This document shows, piece after piece, positions 28,759-36,950 of a stretch of 64,000 nt of DNA. The stretch is from the NCBI GenBank assembly GCA_964408485.1, contig CAYOZJ010000003.1:1290-65289 (forward strand), written 5' to 3'. The number at the start of each line of letters is the position of its first letter. Within the stretch, counting starts at the first letter, position 1. The position numbers and the translations under genes were made by a program. The DNA comes from an uncultured Gammaproteobacteria bacterium. Its GTDB lineage: Bacteria > Patescibacteriota > Microgenomatia > Levybacterales > UBA12049. A model generated the notes under the pieces. It was not told the origin of the DNA and did no database searches. It was given only the letters and a program-made list of their open reading frames with translations.

Positions 28759-30198
28759 ATGAAGAAATGGGAATTGGTACTTCTTTTGCTTATTTGTGGA
28801 ATGGGTTTTGTCTTGCGACTCTATAAAGTTACTAATCCTATTGCCGATTGGCATAGTTGGCGTCAAGCAGACACAAGTGCTGTATCAAGAAGTTTTGTCA
28901 CGAATGGATTTGATCTTCTCCATCCTAGGTTTGAAGATATATCCAATGTGCCTTCCGGCACTAGGGAAAACCCCGAAGGGTATCGATTTGTTGAATTCCC
29001 TTTCTATAACGTCATGCAAGCAGCAAGCTTTATGGTCTTTGACCATTTTACTCTTGAGGAATGGGGAAGAATTGTTACAAATCTTATATCGATTGTTGGC
29101 GTATTTTTCCTTTTCCTTTTGGTAAAACGTTATAGTAACTCTGTTGCAGCAATCTCTGCAGCATTCTTTTTTGCTGTTTTACCATTTAATTTATATTACG
29201 ATCATACTATTTTGCCGGATCCGCTTATGGTAACAACGATGATTATGTCGTTGTACTTTTTTGACATGTTTTTAGGAGCAAAAACAAAAAGCGCAAAATT
29301 ATCATTTTTTGTTTTGACATTTCTCTCTGCAGCAGTTGCCCTTTTAGTAAAACCATTTGTTGCATTTTTCTTTTTACCAATGCTTGTTGCTGTATGGAAT
29401 AAGTGGCAATGGAAATTATTTTTACAGTGGCCGCTGTACGTGCTTCTTATTATTTCCTTTGTTCCATTTGCTCTGTGGAGAATATGGATGGCACAATTTC
29501 CAGCAGGTATCCCATCCAGCAGTTGGCTTTTTAACAGTAATCACATTCGTTTTACCGGTGCATTTTTTAATTGGATTTTTGCAAGACGCATTGGTCAGCT
29601 TATCCTAGGTTACTTTCTTATTGGGCCCTTTATTATTGGTATTGTAAGCATAATAAAAAACCGATTATATTTCCTTTCGTTTCTTGCTTCATCGTTTGTG
29701 TATGTATCAGTTGTTGCAACCGGGAATGTGCAGCATGGGTATTATCAACTTCCTATTATTCCCTCCATTGCCATTTTCTTAGGATTGGGTGCTGACTTTC
29801 TTATCCGGCCTCCAAAAGAATTCTCGAGAATTATTAGTATAGCAACGCTTGTTGTTTGTATACTTTTTGGGTTAGCATTTTCGTGGTTTAATGCACGGAC
29901 ACTATTTTACGTCAACAATCCTAATATTGTTGTTGCAGGGCAAGCAGTTGATAGACTTACACCAAAGAATGCAAAAGTGATAGCACTCTACAATGGAGAT
30001 ACGTCATTCTTGTATTACACCAATAGACAAGGTTGGGCGAGTTTTGAGCATTCAATTCCAGAAATGGTAAAGCTTGGTGCTGAGTATATTGCTATTGTTA
30101 ATCCAACGCCAAATGACTTTAAAGGATTTGGAACTGAATATAAAGTAGTTGGATCAAGTAGCGCGTACCTCATTCTTGACCTTGTTCATAAGAAATGA
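28759..30198 (+). CDS. GT-C membrane glycosyltransferase, ArnT/PMT (GT83/GT39)-like
   Basis: RLYKVTNPIADWHSWRQADTS loop after TM1 (an acidic D-x-W motif), about 11 TM helices, and a C-terminal soluble region. Confidence 0.5.
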   Translation: MKKWELVLLLLICGMGFVLRLYKVTNPIADWHSWRQADTSAVSRSFVTNGFDLLHPRFEDISNVPSGTRENPEGYRFVEFPFYNVMQAASFMVFDHFTLEEWGRIVTNLISIVGVFFLFLLVKRYSNSVAAISAAFFFAVLPFNLYYDHTILPDPLMVTTMIMSLYFFDMFLGAKTKSAKLSFFVLTFLSAAVALLVKPFVAFFFLPMLVAVWNKWQWKLFLQWPLYVLLIISFVPFALWRIWMAQFPAGIPSSSWLFNSNHIRFTGAFFNWIFARRIGQLILGYFLIGPFIIGIVSIIKNRLYFLSFLASSFVYVSVVATGNVQHGYYQLPIIPSIAIFLGLGADFLIRPPKEFSRIISIATLVVCILFGLAFSWFNARTLFYVNNPNIVVAGQAVDRLTPKNAKVIALYNGDTSFLYYTNRQGWASFEHSIPEMVKLGAEYIAIVNPTPNDFKGFGTEYKVVGSSSAYLILDLVHKK

Positions 30199-31418
30199 AA
30201 ATTCTTATTGTTTCATCATTTCTTCCCTTTCCGCTTTTTTCTGGTGGGCAGGTACGCCTTTATAATTTACTCAAAGAACTTTCCCAAAAACACGAAATAA
30301 CACTCGTATGTGAAAAGAGAAAACATCAAACACAAAGCGATGTTGACGTTGTAAAAAAGGTTTGCAAAGATATTTTTGTTGTCGATCGAAAAAAACAATG
30401 GTCCGCAGAAGTAGTGCTAAAAACAGTAATTTCTTCCTACCCTTTTCTTTTAGCAGGGCATGATCTGCCAGAAATGAAAAAAATTCTTTCCCAACTGCTT
30501 AAGGAAAAGCAATTTGACGTTATTCATGTAGAAACCTTTTACGTGTATCAGAATTTGCCCGAGACATCGCTTCCTGTGGTATTAGTAGAACACAATATTG
30601 AATATAATGTGTACGAGCGTTTTGCAAAAACAGCACCAATTCTTGTAAAACCACTTCTTGCGATAGACATTGAAAAAATAAAATATTGGGAAAAATTTTA
30701 CTGGGAAAAAGCAACAAAAATTGTCGGTGTATCACGTGTTGAGGTTAATAAAATGAGATCGGATGCTGTCGTTGTTCCAAATGGTGTTAGTCTTTCTGAT
30801 TTCCCCTTTAGACCCATTAGACACTCGACCCAGTACTTGCTTCCCCGAAGCGGCGCAGCTCAGGGTAAAAAGGAAATGATAATTCTTTTTATGGGAGATT
30901 TTACATGGATCCAAAATACAACAACTGCTTCGTGGATTATAAAAGATATATGGCCGAAGATAGAGAAAAGCGTAAAGAATAAAGCGTTAAACGTAAAATT
31001 GTGGATTGTTGGGAAGCACATTCCAGAAAGCTTAAAAGCGTATCGTTCTGAAAATATTATTTTTGATGAGCATGCGCCGAATAAGACATCAGATATTTAT
31101 AAAAAAGCAGATATCCTTTTAGCTCCTATTAAAGTTGGCGGCGGGACAAGTTATAAAATTTTAGAAGCAATGGCAAGCGGAGTTCCGGTGGTAACAACGA
31201 GCTTAGGTCTTGAAGGACTTCAAGCAAAAAATAAAACACACGCGCTAACTGCTGAAACATCAGTAGATCTTGCTCGTGCAGTGGACACCTTGCTGGATAA
31301 TAAAAGGGAATACACAGCTATTGCAAAGAATGCAAGACAATTTATTGAAAAAAACTATTCATGGACTGAAATTGCAAAAACCTTAGAAGGAGTATATACC
31401 AATGCAATCAAAAAATAA
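30195..31418 (+). CDS. Glycosyltransferase family 1 (GT4)
   Basis: ILEAMASGVPVVTTSLGLEGL and GDFTW... are GT1 C-terminal motifs. Confidence 0.7.
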   Translation: MKILIVSSFLPFPLFSGGQVRLYNLLKELSQKHEITLVCEKRKHQTQSDVDVVKKVCKDIFVVDRKKQWSAEVVLKTVISSYPFLLAGHDLPEMKKILSQLLKEKQFDVIHVETFYVYQNLPETSLPVVLVEHNIEYNVYERFAKTAPILVKPLLAIDIEKIKYWEKFYWEKATKIVGVSRVEVNKMRSDAVVVPNGVSLSDFPFRPIRHSTQYLLPRSGAAQGKKEMIILFMGDFTWIQNTTTASWIIKDIWPKIEKSVKNKALNVKLWIVGKHIPESLKAYRSENIIFDEHAPNKTSDIYKKADILLAPIKVGGGTSYKILEAMASGVPVVTTSLGLEGLQAKNKTHALTAETSVDLARAVDTLLDNKREYTAIAKNARQFIEKNYSWTEIAKTLEGVYTNAIKK

Positions 31419-32325
31419 TACCATTCTTTCTATAATCATCCTTAATTACAACACAAAAAAAATTGCGCTAGAAGCTGTAGAGTCTATTGAAAATAACTAT
31501 TCCAAAGAAACAGAGTCAGGTGAGTTTCAAATTATTATTACTGATAATGCCTCACCCGATGAATCGCTACAGGCATTTAGAGAATATAAGAAAAAAACAA
31601 AGACCAAACTTTTTGATGTTGTTGATAATGGAGGAAATATTGGATTTGCCGCAGGGAATAATACGGGCATATCATACGCAAAAGGGAAATATATCCTTTT
31701 TCTTAATCCAGATACCATTGTGTATCCAAAAACATTAACACGTATGGTGGAGTTTATGGATAATCACAAAGACGCAGGGGCTGCAACGTGTAGAGTAGAA
31801 ATTCCTAGTGGTGCAATTGACGAAGCGTCCCATAGAGGATTTCCTACACCTTGGAATGCATTGACTCACTTTTCGGGATTGGAAAAGCTTTTCCCTCACT
31901 CAAGACTCTTCGCAGGGTATACAAGAGGATGGGAGGACGTAACAAAAATTCACACTGTACCGGCAATTGTTGGTGCATTTTTGCTTGTTAGGCGTGAAGC
32001 AGGAGAGAAAATTGGTTGGTGGGATGAAGACTACTTTTTTTACGGCGAAGACTTACAGTTTTGTTATGACTTACATAAAGCAGGGTATAAGATTTACTAT
32101 GTTCCGGATGTAAAAATTCTGCATTTCGGTGGAGTTTCCAGTGGTATTAAAAAACAATCACAAAATAAGACAACGGCAAATGATGAGATACGCCGTAAGG
32201 TACAGGGTTGGCGATTTGATGCAATGAGAATTTTCTATAAAAAAAACTATGCAAAAAGCAATCCACTTATGACATGGATTGTTATGAAGGGAATAGACTT
32301 TTTATATAAGAAAAATTCTCAATAA
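31402..32325 (+). CDS. Glycosyltransferase family 2
   Basis: LSIIILNYNTKKIALEAVESI...IIITDNASPDES and EDLQFCYD (ED motif). Confidence 0.7.
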   Translation: MQSKNNTILSIIILNYNTKKIALEAVESIENNYSKETESGEFQIIITDNASPDESLQAFREYKKKTKTKLFDVVDNGGNIGFAAGNNTGISYAKGKYILFLNPDTIVYPKTLTRMVEFMDNHKDAGAATCRVEIPSGAIDEASHRGFPTPWNALTHFSGLEKLFPHSRLFAGYTRGWEDVTKIHTVPAIVGAFLLVRREAGEKIGWWDEDYFFYGEDLQFCYDLHKAGYKIYYVPDVKILHFGGVSSGIKKQSQNKTTANDEIRRKVQGWRFDAMRIFYKKNYAKSNPLMTWIVMKGIDFLYKKNSQ

Positions 32326-32334
32326 AATATAGCT

Positions 32335-32724
32335 ATGGTTAAAGGAGATGTTTGGCAACAAATGGAAGAGGCAGCAGATAGAGGTAATTGGAAAACAATC
32401 CAATCGCTTTTTTATGGAAGAACAAGGCAAACTGATGAAGATTTTGAGCGTGCAAAACAGTTTATGATTAGAGCATATGATAATAGTAATTTGGGTTTAA
32501 GTCGACAATTAATGCGACATGCAACAAGACCGTTCGAAAATGGTGCAGACCCTGAAGCAAGAGCGCATGAGTATCAAATGGGTATGGAATTACAGGAGAG
32601 AGTATTGAATGATATTCTTCGTGAAGATCCTCCACAACAAGAAAGGCCACGAAGACAAAGAAGTGCAATGCCTCAAAGACATTCACGCCGAACAAGACAG
32701 AAAAATAGAACTGTTTCTTCTTAA
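32335..32724 (+). CDS. Hypothetical soluble, highly charged protein (Arg/Gln-rich C-terminal tail)
   Basis: A 129-codon open frame in an AT-rich genome is unlikely by chance. No TM helix and no recognisable motif. Local GC is higher than in neighbouring genes. Confidence 0.35.
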   Translation: MVKGDVWQQMEEAADRGNWKTIQSLFYGRTRQTDEDFERAKQFMIRAYDNSNLGLSRQLMRHATRPFENGADPEARAHEYQMGMELQERVLNDILREDPPQQERPRRQRSAMPQRHSRRTRQKNRTVSS

Positions 32725-32754
32725 CACGTTTTTGCGTTATAATTTCTCTATACC

Positions 32755-33855
32755 ATGAAAATTGGAATAGATTGTAGATTATGGAACGAAACCGGTGTTG
32801 GAAGGTATATTCGTAATTTAGTTACAGAGCTTGCAGATATAGATAAAGAAAATGAGTTTGTTCTTTTCTTTAAAAAAGAAGAATACGAAACATATGCTCT
32901 TCCTGGAAAGAATTTTACAAAAAAACTTGCTGAGGTTAGATGGCATACGTTTAAAGAACAAACAGCATTTAAAAATATTTTAGAAAAGGAAAAACTAGAT
33001 GTTGTTCACTTTCCCTATTTTTCCTATCCCGTTGGATACAAAGGAAAATTTGTTATAACAATTCATGATTTAATTATTGATCATTTTCCAACAGGAAAAG
33101 CATCCACGCTGTGGTCTCCTGTGTACTTTTTTAAACAACTCGGATACAAATTTGTCTTGCGAAGTGGAGTAAAACATGCGCAAAAAATTATTACTGTAAG
33201 TGGTGCAACAAAACAGGAAATCATAGACCATTATCATCCCAATCCAGAAAATGTTGTCGTAACCCCCGAAGGAATTGACAGAAAATTCTTGGAGGAAAAA
33301 GAGGAAAAAGTAGATATACCGGAGAGATATTTTCTTTACGTTGGGAATGTCTATCCGCATAAAAATGTTGATCGTCTTGTTGAAGCTTTTTCACAATTCA
33401 TAAAAGAACATCAGGATGCACATCTTATTTTAGTTGGGAAAGAAGATTTTTTTTCTAAACAGCTGGAAGAAAGAATTATAAAAGAAAAATTACACAATAT
33501 CCTTTTTTATAAACATATTACTGATACGCAGTTGTCCTATTTATATACGCATGCAATTGCTCTTGTTGCGCCCTCTCTCATGGAAGGATTTGGATTACCT
33601 ATTCTTGAGGCAATGGCACACAAATGTCTTGTTGTTGCTTCTGAAATTCCTGCATTTCTAGAGGTAGCAGGAGAATCTGCTGTATATTTTGATCCATACA
33701 ATGTGCAAGATATTGCCAATGTGCTTTCTTTAGCGTATAACAAGAAAATAAAAGACGTAATGAAGAAAAAAGAATCAGGACTTAAAAGAGCAAAAGATTT
33801 TTCTTGGAAGAAAATGGCAAAAGAAACACTAGGTATTTACAAATACTGCTCGTAA
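32755..33855 (+). CDS. Glycosyltransferase family 1 (GT4)
   Basis: EGFGLPILEAMAHKCLVVASEIPAFLEVAGESAVYF. Confidence 0.75.
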   Translation: MKIGIDCRLWNETGVGRYIRNLVTELADIDKENEFVLFFKKEEYETYALPGKNFTKKLAEVRWHTFKEQTAFKNILEKEKLDVVHFPYFSYPVGYKGKFVITIHDLIIDHFPTGKASTLWSPVYFFKQLGYKFVLRSGVKHAQKIITVSGATKQEIIDHYHPNPENVVVTPEGIDRKFLEEKEEKVDIPERYFLYVGNVYPHKNVDRLVEAFSQFIKEHQDAHLILVGKEDFFSKQLEERIIKEKLHNILFYKHITDTQLSYLYTHAIALVAPSLMEGFGLPILEAMAHKCLVVASEIPAFLEVAGESAVYFDPYNVQDIANVLSLAYNKKIKDVMKKKESGLKRAKDFSWKKMAKETLGIYKYCS

Positions 33856-33963
33856 AAGTTTCCTGTCCACAAAATGCTAATAGCATATGGATATATGGTT
33901 AGATAGTTAATTGTTACATCTAATAAACCATATAACCATTAAGCTATGTAGCCATGTCTGTTT

Positions 33964-35109
33964 ATGAAAGTTGCAATTGTTTATGACCGTGTTAATAAAT
34001 GGGGTGGTGCTGAAAGAGTTTTGCTTTCTCTCCATAAATTATTTCCTAAAGCGCATTTGTATACATCCGTATATGACAAAAAACGTGCAGCTTGGGCAAA
34101 AGTATTTCGCGTAAAACCCTCTTTTCTTCAGCACATTCCTTTTGTCAGATCACATCATGAATTATTCCCATTTCTCATGCCATTTGCTTTTGCGAGCTTT
34201 TCCTTTAAAAAATATGATTTGGTTATTTCGGTAACAAGTGAATTTGCAAAGGGAATAATGACGGGAGGTAGGACAAAGCATTTGTGTATTTGTCTTACAC
34301 CAACACGATATCTATGGAGTGGATATAGCGAATACTTTCCCAACAAAACAATAAGACTTCTCGCAAGTCCTCTTATTTGGGCACTTCGTGTATGGGATGG
34401 GATTATTGCGAAAAATCCGGATAGGTATATCGCAATATCTGAAGAAGTAAAATTACGAATTAAAAGGTATTATAGAAAAGATTCAGATATTGTGTATCCT
34501 CCTGTTATGGTGTTGCCAAAAAGTACAAATCGACTTTTTGAGAAAGACTACTTTCTTATTGTTTCGCGATTATCACGATTCACCGGATATAAACGTGTTG
34601 ATCTTGCAGTGCGTGCAGCAACCAATCTCCATGCATCTCTGATTGTTGTTGGCGCAGGAGATACAAGAGATTTGCAAAAGCTTGCCGGTCCAACTGTTCA
34701 TTTTGCTGGTAAAGTGTCTGACAAGGAGCTTGCTACCTACTATGCTAACGCGAAAGCTCTTATTTTCCCAGGAAAAGAAGATTTTGGTATCACCATGGTT
34801 GAGGCACTTTCTTTCGGTAAGCCGGTCATTGCCTATCATGCAGGAGGAGCAAAAGAGATTGTGAAAAATGGGAAAACAGGCACATTCTTTGCCCATCAAA
34901 CAGTTGTTTCTTTGACCAAGGCCTTGAAAAACTTTAAGGGCTCGAAGTATAATAGTGCTACCTGCAAGAAAGAGGCGCTCAGATTTTCAGAGAAACTATT
35001 TAGAAAAGAGATAAAAAGTATTGTTCATAACATGAATCATAAAAACACAACCTCATCCCAACCTTCTCCTAAAAGGAGAAGGAGATCAAGGAGACGTATT
35101 TCTAGATGA
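33964..35109 (+). CDS. Glycosyltransferase family 1 (GT4)
   Basis: MKVAIVYDRVNKWGGAERVLLSL N-terminus and GKEDFGITMVEALSFGKPVIAYHAGGAKEIV. The last roughly 20 codons (SSQPSPKRRRRSRRRISR) are read through the repeated leader element B and are probably not functional protein sequence. Confidence 0.7.
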   Translation: MKVAIVYDRVNKWGGAERVLLSLHKLFPKAHLYTSVYDKKRAAWAKVFRVKPSFLQHIPFVRSHHELFPFLMPFAFASFSFKKYDLVISVTSEFAKGIMTGGRTKHLCICLTPTRYLWSGYSEYFPNKTIRLLASPLIWALRVWDGIIAKNPDRYIAISEEVKLRIKRYYRKDSDIVYPPVMVLPKSTNRLFEKDYFLIVSRLSRFTGYKRVDLAVRAATNLHASLIVVGAGDTRDLQKLAGPTVHFAGKVSDKELATYYANAKALIFPGKEDFGITMVEALSFGKPVIAYHAGGAKEIVKNGKTGTFFAHQTVVSLTKALKNFKGSKYNSATCKKEALRFSEKLFRKEIKSIVHNMNHKNTTSSQPSPKRRRRSRRRISR

Positions 35110-35111
35110 AG
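35051..35111 (+). promoter_or_regulatory. Repeated promoter-proximal hairpin/SD leader element, copy B
   Basis: cctcatcccaaCCTTCTCCTaaaAGGAGAAGGagatcaaggagacgtatttctagATGaag. About 88% identical over about 60 nt to copy C at 63091. Confidence 0.5.
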
Positions 35112-36191
35112 ATTGTCATGTTTGCAGGAGGCGTTGGAAGTAGGCTGTGGCCATTGTCCCGAAAAAACGCACCTAAGCAATTTGAAAAAATAATTGGTGA
35201 CAAGACAATGCTGCAAATTACTGTGGGTAAACTTTTTCCAACCTACGGATGGAGTGATGTCTATATTTCTACAGGTGCCCACTATGCAGAGCATGTGAGC
35301 CAGCAACTTCCCGAGCTTCCAAAAGAAAATATTCTTGTTGAGCCAGAAATGCGTGATGTGGGACCTGCAGTTGGTTTGGTTACATCCCTTTTTGAGAAAA
35401 CAAATCCCGATGAACCAATTGCGCTTCTATGGGGAAGTGACCATTTGGTAAGAAATGAAGAACTTTTTAGAAGCGTATTGCAATCCGCAGAGAAATTTGT
35501 CGAAAAAAATCCTGAAAAAATTGTCTTCGTTGCTCAACAGCCTCGCTTTCCTAATCAAAATTTAGGGTATATTGAGTTTGCAGATGCAAAAGAAAATGCG
35601 GGAGAATTTCCTTTGCATGAGTTTAAGAGCTTTTTGTACCGGCCGCATTTGTCTACAGCAGAAAAATGGGTAAAAGACGGAAGGCATGGATGGAATTTAG
35701 GATACTTTGTCACAACTCCCAGACTTCTTTGGAAATTATTTAAAGAATTTTCACCCGAGCTATTTAAGGATTTAGAAGCAATTCAAAAAACATATGGAAC
35801 AGATGAATATCAATCCACTCTTCATAAAATCTATCCTGCCATTGAGAAGATTAGTTTTGATAATGCAGTTTTAGAAAAAATGGATCCAAGCCTTGGAAAA
35901 GTTATCTCTGTTGACTTAGGATGGAGTGATATTGGCGCATGGGAAGCATTAAAAGAAGCCTTAGCTGGGACAGAGACGGAAAACGTAACAAAGGGAGAGG
36001 TAGCGGTTGAGGACTGTGAGGATACGCTGATGTATAATTTTACTAATCAGTTGGTTGTTGGCATAGATCTTAAGGATATGATTGTTGTTAATACAAAAGA
36101 CGTTACGCTTATTTGTCCAAAAGATTCCGTGCCCAAAATCAAGAAATTTGTCGAAAAATTAAATGGCACGGATTTGGAGCATCTTACCTAA
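35106..36191 (+). CDS. manC: Mannose-1-phosphate guanylyltransferase (nucleotidyltransferase domain only, no PMI cupin)
   Basis: MKIVMFAGGVGSRLWPLSRKNAPKQF is nearly identical to the ManC/CpsB N-terminus. 361 aa. Confidence 0.75.
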   Translation: MKIVMFAGGVGSRLWPLSRKNAPKQFEKIIGDKTMLQITVGKLFPTYGWSDVYISTGAHYAEHVSQQLPELPKENILVEPEMRDVGPAVGLVTSLFEKTNPDEPIALLWGSDHLVRNEELFRSVLQSAEKFVEKNPEKIVFVAQQPRFPNQNLGYIEFADAKENAGEFPLHEFKSFLYRPHLSTAEKWVKDGRHGWNLGYFVTTPRLLWKLFKEFSPELFKDLEAIQKTYGTDEYQSTLHKIYPAIEKISFDNAVLEKMDPSLGKVISVDLGWSDIGAWEALKEALAGTETENVTKGEVAVEDCEDTLMYNFTNQLVVGIDLKDMIVVNTKDVTLICPKDSVPKIKKFVEKLNGTDLEHLT

Positions 36192-36194
36192 TCT

Positions 36195-36860
36195 ATGCCG
36201 TACAAAGAAGTGAAGAAAAGCAAACTCTACGAAGCAGCAAAGCGACTCCTGGATATTATTTTTGCACTCATTCTTCTTCTTATTTTCTCCCCAATTATTA
36301 TTGCAGTTGTTGTTGCAATAAAAGTGACTTCTCCAGGACCTATCTTGGCAGATACGCCAGAGCGTGTTGGAAAAAGTGGAAAACTTTTTAAGATGTATAA
36401 ATTTCGTTCTATGGTACAAAATGCCCACGAAATTCTTCGCGAAAATCCAGATTTTGCCAAACTATTTGAAGATTATAAAAAGGGAAGTTATAAATTAAAG
36501 AATGACCCTCGGGTAACTCCTGTTGGGAGGATTATTCGCAAGTATTCTCTTGATGAAGTACCACAACTAGTAAATATCTTGTCTGGTGACATGAGTTTGG
36601 TTGGTCCACGCGCGTACTATCCAGACGAACTGCGCGAACAGCAAAAAAAATACCCCACAACAAAAGACTCAGTAAAAGTTGTGTTGTCAGTTAAGCCAGG
36701 TCTTACAGGATTTTGGCAAGTGAGCGGGCGGTCGCAGATAAATTTTGACAAGCGTATCGCTATGGATGCTGATTACGTCCATAAGCGTTCTATTATGTAT
36801 GACACATATATTATCCTTCGTACGCCCTGGGCAATGATTTCAGGAAAAGGTGCATTGTAG
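36195..36860 (+). CDS. Initiating phosphoglycosyltransferase (Bac_transf family, PglC/WbaP C-domain-like sugar-1-phosphate transferase)
   Basis: One N-terminal TM, then [26 protein letters not shown] and [12 protein letters not shown] signature motifs. Confidence 0.85.
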   Translation: MPYKEVKKSKLYEAAKRLLDIIFALILLLIFSPIIIAVVVAIKVTSPGPILADTPERVGKSGKLFKMYKFRSMVQNAHEILRENPDFAKLFEDYKKGSYKLKNDPRVTPVGRIIRKYSLDEVPQLVNILSGDMSLVGPRAYYPDELREQQKKYPTTKDSVKVVLSVKPGLTGFWQVSGRSQINFDKRIAMDADYVHKRSIMYDTYIILRTPWAMISGKGAL

Positions 36861-36920
36861 GTAGTGTATGAGTTAGAGTAATTGTTCCAAACTTCAACAA
36901 ATAATGCCAAACTTACCTAT

Positions 36921-36950
36921 TTGACAAACTATTTAAACTTCCCGTATGAT
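36921..36950 (+). promoter_or_regulatory. Sigma70-like promoter TTGACA-N18-TATGAT
   Basis: TTGACA at 36921..36926 and TATGAT at 36945..36950. The -10 overlaps the first ATG of the downstream ORF, implying a leaderless or short-leader mRNA beginning near ATG 36958. Confidence 0.45.

Noticed and set aside
30839-30851. 12-nt identity cgaagcggcgca shared with 38968..38979
   Set aside because: Exact 12-mer matches are expected by chance many times in 2x64 kb. There is no extended similarity around it.
36113-36460. Overlapping 77-92-aa ORFs on both strands around the manC/PGT junction
   Set aside because: They overlap well-supported ManC and Bac_transf coding sequences and have low-complexity translations (CCCNKSDF..., [20 protein letters not shown]). 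These are frame shadows.
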